DNA of 63,621 bases, counting the filler, from Bipalium vagum (lineage: Eukaryota): NCBI GenBank assembly GCA_037834085.1. It is 3 parts of 3 records of this genome, joined end to end, with 100 filler letters (N's around TTAATTAATTAA, not from the genome) between each part and the next. Parts side by side here need not be neighbours in the genome. Positions count along the whole stretch, not along the records: positions 47,039 to 63,621 come from JBBMKC010104264.1; 2 more parts are not named here. The stretch is one strand, 5' to 3'. The translations under genes were made by a program, and so were the position numbers. The notes beneath the pieces were generated by a model that did not search any database, was not told the DNA's origin, and was given only the letters and a program-made list of their open reading frames with translations. Below, one piece after another: positions 51,576 through 63,621 of this stretch; the first letter of the stretch is position 1, and every line of letters begins with the position of its first letter.

Positions 51576-52418
51576 AAATTTTCAAATAATATTTTTTAAA
51601 TAAGTCGTAATTAACATCAGAAAAATGATATAACATTTTTATCTTGTTTTTATTATTTTTATTATTCTTTATCAATCTTTATCTGTTCTATTATAAGCAT
51701 TTTATAGGTTGAACATTGAAAACCATTATGTCGACTAAAACAACACAATTATTCTTCGAATAGAAAGCTATTGTGATCTGAGCAATGATAAATGAAAGAC
51801 GAAAAAAAAATTTCAAGCTCTGGGTTCAAGTAAAACTGAAGTAAAAAAGACGAATTCGTTGAAGGAATGACAGGAAGAGGTAAAAGATGGTTTAAAAAAA
51901 TGGCTTTAGAGTGGCGACTACTGTTTCTGAAACGCTGTTATTTGAAATAATATCAAATAAATTTTCTGATTAATACTCACTTTCTAAGACAAATCGATAT
52001 CCCGCTTTCAAAAAATTCAATTTATTTTCATCATAAAATAATAAATAAATAAATTTTGTTTTAATAATCAAATTTTGAAGGCAACATAAATAATATTTCT
52101 CCTTGTAAAAATTAATTTGTTTTAATATATTAAAATACTTGTTTTTAATTAAGTTATTTTAATTTAATAATTTTTTGAAGAATTGAAATTCTCTAATTAA
52201 TTAAAATTGTCAAATTGAATTTTATTTATCTGTCAAATATTATTACCATTTCTTTAATTATAACATTCAAAGAATGTTAACTTTTTATTTAATTTCGAGA
52301 TATTTTTTTACAAGAAACATTATTAATCTATATCGATAATGATAATATTGTATATAAATATATAAATTGTTACAAAAATTTTATATATTTTAAAAATATT
52401 AAGAAAATTTATATTTCC

Positions 52419-53803
52419 TAGAGTCAAAACTCTTTTTTGGACCGACCTCTCCGACGGTCCACCTCGAATTTCGGACCAGTTTTTAGAAAATAACAAAATT
52501 TCTGGGCTTTTATAATATATATAAATGCGAGCCTTTAAAATTTGGCCATATTTACAAATTATTATATTGATTTATTTATTGGTTATTATATTGATTATTG
52601 AGTAAAAAATTGTTTATTTTTATTCCAATGAAGAGGGGTCTCATCTACCAAGAAAAATATGCATTTGCCAAATAATTGATGAATGGTTCAATAATCAAAG
52701 AAGTGCCTTGAACATGCCGGCCACATAAAGTTGAAATTTTTAAAGCATCCAACGTTTGGTAAGAGAGGTTTAAACAAGGACATCATTAAATTTTAATATG
52801 GGAACTTTAATAATTACCATTGCGACGAAGTCATTATAATATAGAACTATTTTCTAGAAAAGCTTCATCACTTCTGACGATTTATGCAGTGGTTTTAAAG
52901 CCAGAAAATCGTTTAACCCTTCGTAATAGACACGCAAAAGAAGCCTGGTTGTTTTGGCAAAGTAAATTTAAATGACTTTCATTTTATTTATAGTCATAGG
53001 TCAAAGGCTTGGATGAGAGGAAGAATAATTCAAATGAATGGCTCGTCGAATTGATTGAAGGTATGAGAAGTGACAGCAAAAGATTATTATCATTGATTGA
53101 AAATGGTCCATCGTATATTTGTGAAATCTTTCCCATGTGGAAGTGATACCTTTACCACCAAAAAAACACCTTTATTACAATCCTTGACAATGGAAGGCTG
53201 AAGACGATTAATAATCATTATATTAATTTTATTGTCTTAAATTGTATTGAAATAAATGATAATGGCATTGAGGAAATCATTAAAATGATTGCGATTTTAG
53301 ATGTCATTTATTTTTGCACTAGTCGTCGCAGTTGAGGGTATCAAAATTGTTCCCAAAAGAAATTTCACAATTCAAAAATCACATATGACTGTAGACTACG
53401 CAAGCTATTGATTTGCAGTTTAAAATAGAAATACACATTTTAAATGAAGAAATTGATAATGACGTCATATCTGATGAAGATGAAATGAGACAAATTAGTA
53501 TTGATCAATTTTTATGCTGTTTTAAAGATGCAAACAATACACTCGAATTTTCTCTCGAAGGTATTAAAGTCTTTTCTCATTTCATGGTTTATTTTGTGCA
53601 AACTTAAAAGAAAAACAATAAGCCTGGACAAAAAGAATTTCTTAAAATAAATTTTATAATGTTTAATTGTTTTTAATGTGCATGATTTAACAGTATTGTG
53701 TAATATCAAGACACCATGCGATATTGAAAATGAGTTTTGATTGGATAACCTTTATTTTTGTGACATTTCTTAAAAAAATTATCCGTTTTGTAAATTCGAC
53801 TGT
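52419..53803 (+). mobile_element. pogo/Tigger-like element, defective
   Basis: Ends tagagtcaaaactc and gtaaattcgactgta (TACAGTC-type TIR); KRLLSLIENGPSY (LDNAPSH) and PLPP..TPLLQSLDNG (LPPNTT..QPLDQG). Confidence 0.72.
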
Positions 53804-54781
53804 ACTTAATATTTATATGTAAATACTTAATATTTTTAAGACATTCTTCAATGCCTCGAGACAAGTAGATTTACCAAATGTGAAAAAATCTAACGCATTT
53901 TAAAAAATCTATCTCAGGCAAAGAGGTTGGAATGGTTTTCAGTAATTCTTAATCTCATTTACACGGTGATATCAAAATCAAATGAATTCACCCGATAAAT
54001 GTATCAAGAGTTCCTCCTTTTCTCTATCAGAATAATAAATAAATAATACAGAGCAGATGGTACTCCATATTTTGCATCTATGGAAACTGTTATTTCCCAA
54101 GTTTCTTACATAATAAAGATTTTTTGACTTTCCAAAATCCATTTTCTTTAAGTAGGCAGCGAACAATTCGCCCGTTTTCCAATTTGTTAAACCAGTCAAC
54201 CAAAAAAGTTTTTGTGGTAAGAAAGAAAAGCTTATTTGGAGAATTTCAATTTATTTATATCCTTTGATCTGAAAATATTTGACATACATTAATCTGGCAA
54301 AATAAAATGATGAATGAAAAAAGACCAATTGTCCCGCTTTCCGTTGTTATCCATCAGAATTTAACTATACAGAATCATTAATACAAAATAATCTTCAATT
54401 CCTAATTGGTTTTTTTAATTAGAATTTTTTACCTTTTTTTGATAGGTCATATTTTTATTTATTTAAATGAATTTTATCAATTAAAACTCAAAAATAAATT
54501 AATGAAAATTTATTCGGAAAGTGAAGGAAAAACTTTTAAGGGGGAAAATTATCAAATTGACTATGGTAAAGTTTTAACTGTTAACAATTTTTTTTCTAAT
54601 TAACCCAACATTTCTTTTTTTTCTTTATTAAAATCAAAATATTTTTTATTTTATTTAATTAAATAAAATTCCAAATCCGTTTTGAATATATTTTTAAATA
54701 TTCATAAAGATATAAACCCATCCCTCTTAATGGGAGATTTTAACAAAAGTATTTAATCAATTAAATTGTTTTGGCTCAATA

Positions 54782-55908
54782 TATCAGGTTTTGCAGTATG
54801 AAATTTGTAGAAAATATCATTTTAATTTGATAAAGTATAAATCAATTGTTTAAATTAATCATTTTTATTAAAAATGGATATATCGGAAATACGCGTAATT
54901 TCTGAAATATGAGTTTTTACGCAAAACAACGGCATCGCAGACAGCTGAAAACATTAATGAATTATTTGGGACTCGTGTAACTACACAACAAACAGTTTCC
55001 AATTGGTATTCAAAATTTCGTAAGGATAATTTTAACCTCCAAAATGAGCCACATGGTCGTCCAGAATCAAAGGTGTGCAACGACAAATTAAAGAAGATCA
55101 TTAAGTCTAACTCATGTGATAGTGCCCGGGAATTGTTTGATGTCACCAAAAAAACTATTTTAGATCATAAAAATACAAATAGCAAAGGTGAAAATAGCTA
55201 GCCTGTTTGATGTTCCTTTCTCGTCAAAAATTTGATCCATTTTTGAATCGTATTGTCACTTGTGAAGAAAAATGGATAAGATATGACAACCGCAAACGTT
55301 CTTCACAGTGAATGGACAAAGATGAACCACCGAAACACAGTCCAAAGCGTAATATCCATGAAAAGCAACTGATGGCGAGTGTTTTGGTGGTGTAGTGCAG
55401 GTGTGATTCATTATGAATTCTTGAAACCGGGCTCATCGGTCACAGCAGAAGTGTAGTGTAAGTCATTGGACAGTATTAAAATATTAAAATAAAACAGCCA
55501 AAATTAATCAATAGATTAATTCCTATTTTATTGCAGGATAATGCTAAACCACACACGGCGAAAATGAGTTAGGCAAAAATTCAGGAGTTGGAGTTGGAAC
55601 TTCTTAATCATCCTCCATACTCAGCAGACATAGCTCCCACTGATTACTATTTCTTTCGCAATTTGGACAACTTTTTCGGTGGAAAACAATTCAAATCTGA
55701 CGATGATATAAAATTGGCCTTCCAGGAATTCCTTGATACTCGCCCGGCAGGGTTTTATATGACCGGCATGAACAAGTGCCGCTTAAATGGCAAAAATGTC
55801 TAGACAATATGGGTGCATATTTTGATGAATAGCATAGTTTCTTTTATTCGTAATTTATTAATAAACTTTGTTTTTCATTGTACAAATTTCATACTACACA
55901 ACCTGATA
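54782..55908 (+). mobile_element. Near-complete cecropia-subfamily mariner, defective, TA-flanked
   Basis: 26-bp TIRs at 54784-54809 and 55881-55906 match at 24/26, with TA on both sides; MDISEIRV.LKYEF, DPFLNRIVTCEEKWIRYDNRKRS, ILLQDNAKPH, HPPYSADIAPTDYYFF; internal deletion around WVPHEL, stops and frameshifts. Confidence 0.95.
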
Positions 55909-56400
55909 CAATTGTGGTCATAATTCATGGGCCACCCTGTCATTTATTTATTCCTATTCCTGTGGAGTCTGGTTTCTTTCTCCAAACAAAACCGTCTATG
56001 CAACTGTCTATAAAACGACTCTAGAAGAAAAAGGTAAACAGTTTCTTGCAATTAAAAGTTGTGATTATTTCCATCATGATGAAGTCCCGTGCCATCAGTC
56101 ACGCATCAATAAAGCTTGGTATTTTGATAATAACATTATTATCTTGGGTCAATGGTCAAAAAACTCTCTAGGTCTTTTCACATTGCTAAATAGTTCTAAA
56201 ACAAAAAGCCTCAATGCATAGTTCTACGGCATACCTAAATTTAATTGTAATAATTAAACTTATTTGAGCTAACGAAATTACCATGAACTATTGCTAAAAT
56301 TGAATGATTCTATGCCGAACAGGTTGGCTGCATATTTGCAGCAAAGAATAAACACAATATCATATTTATACTACAAATTATGCAAAAAATTACTGCTTGT
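55909..56400 (+). mobile_element. Tc1-like remnant
   Basis: FHHDEVPCH (QQDxAPCH-like); TIR-like catgggccaccctgt. Confidence 0.45.
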
Positions 56401-56689
56401 ACATGTTTTCATAATAAATCTTTTGTAATGAAATGCATTTTTAAAACCATTTCATAACGACTATGAGTTACTTGAAAAATCTTTAGCTTCTAATATCATT
56501 GGCGTTATCTGAAATTTTTTTTAATAAAATAATCCATCTTTATATGTGTATCTGTTAAATTTCAAATAAATCTATAAACTGAAACAAATATAGGAAATGT
56601 ATATAGCTACTTGACTGAGTAGCTATATCAAAATGTGGTAGTAAATTTATTGAGGATGACCTATGTAATCATAGTCCATAAATTTTGTC

Positions 56690-57200
56690 AAACAAAAAAA
56701 TTATTAATTAAATCCATGATATGAGACATGGATAGATTATCATAATCAAAAATTAAAACAGGAACGGCTGAACTTGATAGAAGCTGGATACAATACATCT
56801 AAGGACAGAGTAATCATTGGGAAGTTTATACAAACCGGCTTATGAGAAGCAAAAGATATTTTGTAGATCTATTTATTTAGATAAGGCAACCCTGATTATT
56901 ATGAATAAATCGAACAGATTCGTTTAGAAAACCATAGATTGAAGAAAGTTCTTTTTCATCAGAAAAACTCACCAGCTTACAAAAAGTATTAACAATGACC
57001 AAGCTGAACAAATTTAATTACAAATAGATTAAACATCTGTTATTAAACATTGTAAAACTAACGGAAATACACTGTAGATATGGACTTGAATTAATAAGAT
57101 TGGGTTGAGTGAATTGCATTGTCAGGAAATTATGTGTTTGATGTATTGTGTTTTGATATATTTTTATGTTCTGGACTAAATTTTTCAGTCAACCTATAAA
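56690..57200 (+). mobile_element. mariner remnant
   Basis: YETWI (DETW-like) and FHQKNSPAY (FHQDNAPAH-like); TIR-like end tcagtcaacctata. Confidence 0.55.
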
Positions 57201-59799
57201 GGAACATTTTCAAAGTTATATTAATCCTCATTATATTAAAGTATATATTATTATTTGAGTAATCATCAAAATTATTTTTGTTTAAGTAAACTAATTTATC
57301 AATAAAATAGATTAATTATATCTGAATTATTTAATATTAGTCATCGGCTTAGAATATGAAAACTCTTCACCACGGAAAAAGGCCAATAGAAATAATTCAA
57401 TGGTTTGGCTACACAAGGCTTAAGTTTATGAGTTTATAAAGAATAGAGCGAAAAAAGACATATACATCCAATACCAAAGGAAAATGTCACAATATACGAG
57501 TTGACAGCAAACGAAATGAAAAATTATTCATTAACTTAAAAATTAAAATTGATGAAGATTGTACTCAAAAGATGAGCGCTGTGGCAAGGGAAATGAAAGT
57601 GTATTTTGAGATTTTTCCGAGGGAATATATTTCAGACATAACTGATTGGAAGATCTCTTATTTTATTTCTACTTTCAAAGCTTTTATCTTTTCTATTGTC
57701 ATTTTTCTTATTCTTAAAACGCTGATTATGGAAAAATGCTACAAAATAACTTAAGTATACACAGTGACAATAACAATCCGTACATTCTTATTTTTATTTG
57801 TTTAAATACAATTAATAGTACTTTACTGTTATTTTCCTACAAGATGAATTGTAAATTTCTTCATTGCTTCATTGAATGAGAGGCATAAATCACAAAAAAC
57901 AGTAATAAAAATAAATATAAAATATTTTTGCTTTTTTGAAAGCTGTCTGAGACTGAAGACAAAGTCGATCTCAAAAAGATGAATGTGAAAATTACAATTC
58001 ATATGTGTATAATTAAATTCCCGTTTCCATGAATATCATTTTTCCAATATATTTTCGTCCGTGGACATAAAAATAATGGTAATTGAAGCTTTATCACAGT
58101 TAATTAAAACGTGAAGTCTAAGATGGGAAGCCTTTGAAAATTATAAAAGTATAAATGTAATTACATTCTATTCGATGAAATTTTAAGAATTTATTTAATT
58201 TAAAATATAACAGGGATATTTTACTGTCACTCCATATGATATGTACTATTTATACTTTTAAGGCTTTTGTTTCGATTATTTTATTATTTTTGTCAATTTA
58301 ATATAATTGGAAAGTGAACGAGTCAAATTCAAACACCACCATAATAACTAACACCTTTGGAAATCAATGTACAACAAAGCAAACTGTAATTCATTAAAAT
58401 AGATCATTGCAGAAGTTCTGACCAGATTTTAAGAAAACATTAAAGACTAAAACTAAATAAAGGAACTTTATTAATTAATTACATAATCACAATTCCTCTC
58501 TACAAATATTTTCCTATGTTCTATAATTTGTTCGAAAAATTTTCTGTCTTGAAACGGTTCGTTTATTTTGTATGAAATGAGGGAAACATCGAAATTCATG
58601 ACTTTCAATATAATATTAATGAATTTGTTTTAATGCATTCACAGTTTGAATTTTCTATGCAAAAAATTTATCAAAATGGAAAAAAAACTTTACTTATACT
58701 GCTGCTTAAACGTTACATTTTAAGAAGTAAATTAATAACGACAGTTAAATTAAATCTTAATAAAAATGTGATTTAATTAATCGCAGACCCCTTCAATAAC
58801 TGTCAATAAATGTGTTAAGTTAAAACAAGGTACATTGAAATTAATCGAAATATTTTCCATTATTAAATAACAATTCCACTCGTTTAAAATGATTCTTTTG
58901 AAAAGAAACCCATTTCTTCCATTACAGATGCCACATTTTTGGTTGAACATTAACCTAAGATATAATCTAAGAGTATTTTCTTGAAAAAGAATAACTTTGC
59001 GTCAATTTCTGGCTGATTTGGTATTATTTTTTCCAATTCCGCTGATATTGATCCTCAGCAGTTTAGTCCTGCTTCAACAATTCACTGTTGATGAAAATGT
59101 CCATACCTTACCAAATATAGATCAACTATTATTGATTATAAATAATGAGGTTTTGTGGTTTACATTGATTCCTGTTCTGGATCAAGTAATGATTTCTTTC
59201 TTTTTGGATCATTGACATAAATCATTTTTTGTCCTTGTAACGAGATATATTCCTCTGTGTTATAACTAAATATGTAACTGTACTTGATCATCATCGATTG
59301 TACATTCATTAACATCATATCTAATCTTTATTATTCTATTTTGAAAATTTCCCGGCCATCAAGAAATTCTTGATTTACTTTGTAAAACATTATATTCAGA
59401 CTCTTTACTATTGTACTATTTTTTACTGATGTCGAAGTATTATCCTTTGAATGTTCAGGTCAGTTGAGAACGATGGGGCTTCGTTGTCATATACTTCTAT
59501 TAGGTATTTGAGGCTTTCCAATGACGATTTGCCCATATCAAATTGAAAAGTAACATATTTATGTGAAATTTATTTTTGTTCAGCATAATCACAGAGTGAG
59601 CGAATGGATATTTGGTAGTCTTCATAACTCCCACGACAAAGGATGAATAAAAACACTCGAAAAACTTTGGATAGCGTCTAGACTGATGTCAAGAATATAT
59701 TGAAAACAATTTGTAATTTTTTTAAAATAATATTTTGCTTTTTTATACAAGTCCTATTATTAAAGTTGCTCTTCGTTCCATGTACTAACAATATGGACC

Positions 59800-60990
59800 A
59801 GTGGTGTTGTGTTTCAATCTTTCAAGAATAGTATGACAAGGTTAGCAATACATTCATTGTAAGGTGGAAATAATCTTTTTAAAAAAATTTAATTTTTACA
59901 ACAAAAATGTTTAAACGATTTTGGTTACATAAAGTTTTATGACGTGGGACGACGAGATTATCAGATATACTGGGATTTGGAAGATCTCGATTAGTCTGGA
60001 TTTGGGATCTGCTTATTTTTCTTACTGATACGCTTTCTCAAGTTATGGCTAGTCCGAAAAGAGTTTTCTCATTCATTTTCAGAGGTTTATTTCTTTTCTG
60101 TTTTTAAATAATAACCTTTTGTCCTGTAACTCATTTTTAAAAAAAGATCAAAAGTAAACATGTTTTATGTTCTGGTTGAGAAAGAAGTTCTAAGTATTTA
60201 TTTCCATTTTTTAACTTTTTGTTAGCTAGTATCAGCTAATGAGAATTTATATATTGGGTTGTCAGGCATGAGAGTTCTAATTAAAAATAGTGCCAACTTT
60301 AAAAGCTGGTTATAATCAATATATTAGTTGATTATTATAATTATTTGACACTGGCTTGATATTTTGACTTGCAGCTTCTTGTACTGTTAATTTACATATT
60401 TCTCCTGTTTGAAGTAATCTTTGTGGGGTGAAAAAATATTAATCAATTATTTTAATCAATCTTTCTTATTTAAAATGAATATAAATGAGAAATGCCCATC
60501 ATTATGAGTTCTTTTAATGCCAGTATGAGTTCTTAATGCCAGTTTTTTAGACTTAACCTAAAGCAAACAGAAATAGTTTAAAATTATTAATTCAAAATTC
60601 ATTACAGTAATTGAGATGCTTGGTACAACGTTCTGGTCTTTTTCTATATCAAATTAATTTAATACTGTATTTTTGAACACTGTGAATTTTTACCATAAAA
60701 GAATTAATGACGATCGAGTCAGGAAAAAGAATTATATGGTATAAAAATCCTTGTCAATGTCAAATTTAGATTTTTAAGCTTCCTTCAGGAAATTTAGAAC
60801 CTCAAAATTATCCACGTTTTTTGAAAGACCAATCAAATCTGACAGATCAAATCAAAATATGGGAAGTCATTAAATTTGTCTAATTCAATCGTCCATTCTC
60901 ATTTGAAGTACCAGTTATTTTGCAAAGCTTGAAATGTTCACACCATACTTTTCCAGAAGAAAAGAATTTAAATGAAGATATCCAAAATCA
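59800..60990 (-). mobile_element. Gypsy-like RT/integrase remnant
   Basis: VDNFEVL and SKFDIDKDFYTI (SKxDLxxGFYQI-like) traces; decayed. Confidence 0.4.
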
Positions 60991-61379
60991 TTTTTCATTC
61001 CATGTATAATTGTTATGTTTACATAATTGAAATGTGCACTTTGGCCGGGAAACGAATTTCTAAGTTAATTACTGATTGAAACCTTTCCAATTAATAAAAT
61101 ATAATTTTGGCTCTTAAATTATTAATTATATATTTAGCTTTATGTTTTTCAGCCAAATAATGAATGGTTACGGTGATTTCGATTAAGAAAAACAGTACTA
61201 TAGAAAATCAATTATTTTCTAAATATTCATTTTTGATATTTTTCTTTAGAGCAAAATTAATTTTGGTAGAAAGGTTTCAAATTTTACATTTTCCGAATGA
61301 GACAGTTCTCAAAAATGAAATTTATAAAATAATTTAATTAAAATATTATAACAAATTAACGTTTAATTTAATTTAAATA

Positions 61380-61910
61380 TACCGGGTCATTCAAAATTAA
61401 CGAACCATCTTATTTTTCTATTTGTAACTACACAAAATAACATAAGTCAGAAGTAAACTGACATTAACAAGGTTTCGGATTATGATTTGACAATACATCC
61501 TCAAAATGTACTCCTTTAACATCAATAAAAACAGTCAATATCTTGTCAATGGTAGCTGTATACGTTAAAGGCCAATGTGTGTTCTGAAACTAATTTTGCG
61601 ATGTCTCTCATTTTTGCAGTTTGCCTTCTTCCACTTATCGGTAGATCATGAACTGTTCCATATTTCTCAAATTTTGTAATCAGCGCATAGACAGTATGAC
61701 TATCAGGCAAATGTTACCGCGCTTATAATATTCCGTTTTGTTTCATATTTTCCAATACTTTGTTCAACAGTAGAGCTTTACAAAAAATACGCGGTCTTCT
61801 ATGGAAAAGATTTTCATTCGCGTTATTGTTTTAAATAAACACATCTGTCTTTAGAAAAATTCGATTAAATTTAAATAAAGATGGTAGGTTGATTTTTATG
61901 ACCCACGTGA
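61380..61910 (-). mobile_element. rosa/DUF4817-type internal-deletion derivative, about 530 bp, both TIRs present
   Basis: TIRs gggtcattcaaaattaacgaaccatctt and revcomp gggtcataaaaatcaacctaccatctt; N-terminus FSIEDRVFFV...LITKFEKYGTVHDLPISGR joined to C-terminus DVKGVHFEDV. Confidence 0.75.
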
Positions 61911-63524
61911 CTTTATAAAGTTATTGATAATTATTAAGTACAAAATTTATATAAATAATTTTTATTATTATTTTTATTTTATTAAGAAATAATATATTAA
62001 ATAATTATTTTTCAATTATAATTTGCAACGGTTTTCCAAGATGTTCACTTTGAATTTGATAATATTTCAATGTCTTCGAAAACAATTGTGTCAAAATAAA
62101 AAATAAATAAACAGATATTATAAAATCAATAAAAATATAAATATTTTGCGAAAAGAAAGTTAATGATTGCGTTGACATAGTTTTTCTTTGTTTTTCATAT
62201 TTTTTTCCCAAAAAAGTAAGATTTTTCAGCTGACTTCAAAAGTAATTATTATGGATTTAAAAGTTGAGCTGCGACATTTTCAAAGGATTTTAAATTCATT
62301 AAAAATAATTTGATTCAAAACTGTTTTAGTGGAAAATTAATCATTAATTAATTATTGAGTATAAATTCAGGGGGAAAATAATTTCGCGATAAAAGAATTG
62401 AAAAATTTCTTCACAACTCGCCAGTATTGATTTTTTGATTTTAAAATATATTTTTACTTTAATTTTTGTTTTAGTCAAATGATTGCACTTATTAAAACAA
62501 AAGTAATTAATATCAAATTTTTAAAAATTATTCTTTTAATCCCCTTATCCTTTGTGATGTTGATGTTATTAAAAAAATTATTTAATGTAAATAAAATAAA
62601 ATTTTTAATTAAAAAATCAATTTATAACATTATGTTTTTTTTGAAGAATTGTTTATTCTGTATAAATTTCAGATGTGCCTGACATACTTTTAAACGACGT
62701 AAAACTTTTCAATTTATTTTCATCTTCAATTTTGTAAAATTTGGAAAAATATATACTTTTTTTCGTTTTTATTTATAATTAAAATTATGTAAAATCCTAT
62801 AATTAATTTTAAATACAATCTTCATTAATATGATATTCAGCAACATAAACGAAACTTGTTGCCCCTATTGCTTATAATTCCCAAAGAAAATTAATTATTA
62901 TTCCTATATTTAATTTTTTAATTAGCAAATAATTTAAATAAATTGTTAAAAAAATAATTTTCAAATTCCATAAAATCTAATTATTTAAATTATTATTTTT
63001 TAAAATGAATTGTTTCATTTAATTCAATTCTTTTGACAATTAGGAGTTTTATTCATTAAAAGAGAAAAAAGTTTCTTTTTTTCACAGAAATATCGAATAA
63101 AATCATTATTTATACTTTATGAATATGTTTAAATATTAAATAAAAAAAATATATTTAATTGATTTTAAATTTTGAATTCATTAAATAATTTTTATTATAT
63201 TTTTTAAAAATAAATTTTATTATTTAAATTTTGAAGGCTGAACATTAAAACAATTTATAAATAAATAGATTTAAATAATAAATATTCTGAGAGGGAAAAT
63301 TTCTTGTCTTATGAATATTAATTTTTTTAATTGGCATATTTCCTGTTTTATTTGGGTTATTGATATTTAATAGAAAAAATAAATAATCTAAAATTTTTTA
63401 ATTAAATTAATTTATAATAAAATTATAATTTTAAATATTTAAATTTGAATATATCTAATAAAAATAATTTTTTTCATTGATAATAACGATGACTATTATA
63501 TTTTGTAGATTAACCATATTTCTA

Positions 63525-63621
63525 TAATAAAATAATAATAATAATAAAAATAATATAATTAAAAATAATTAAAATAATTAAAATAATTAAAATAATTAAA
63601 ATAATTAAAATAATTAAAATA
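63525..63621. repeat. AT tandem repeats, (AAT)n then (AATTAAAAT)n, running off the window end
   Basis: Read directly. Confidence 0.9.

Noticed and set aside
48951-51740. Alternative MAP7 terminal exons (acceptors near 48950, 50637 and 51707)
   Set aside because: They lie beyond the assembly linker and have no motif support; 46494 fits within the same contig.
1-63621. CRISPR arrays, operons, rRNA/tRNA genes, intact or domesticated transposases
   Set aside because: No repeat-spacer array or RNA-gene signature seen; the DNA is eukaryotic; every transposase carries stops, frameshifts or deletions.

Overview
Very AT-rich eukaryotic (animal) genomic DNA, not prokaryotic: it has spliced genes with GT-AG introns, either 43-69 bp or 0.25-6.4 kb long. 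The short introns, AT richness and cecropia-type mariners suggest a flatworm/planarian-like host, which is inference only. Three host genes are supported. (1) An intronless GT32 DXD glycosyltransferase (+, 2221-3075). (2) A 5-exon ISWI/SMARCA5 chromatin remodeller (-, 9991-14977, about 1010 aa). (3) A 12-exon MAP7/ensconsin-like gene rebuilt by hand (+, about 19674-46507, about 621 aa, all splice phases consistent, first and last exons tentative). Most of the rest is decayed transposons: many IS630-Tc1-mariner lineages (cecropia-, mauritiana- and irritans/mellifera-like mariners, Tc1, maT/DD37D, DD37E, rosa-like, pogo/Tigger), a hAT-like MITE, Penelope-like and Gypsy-like remnants, plus AT microsatellites. 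Two 100-bp N44-TTAATTAATTAA-N44 linkers are assembly joins, so adjacency across them is unproven. I found no convincing novel multi-gene system. The best leads are a bacterial/fungal-type GT32, a decayed ISWI paralog fragment, an ensconsin with a split MAP7 domain and a possible C-terminal PTS1 (AKL), a pre-miRNA-like hairpin, and Penelope inverted tails with hammerhead-like cores. Family assignments come from recalled motifs, not database searches.
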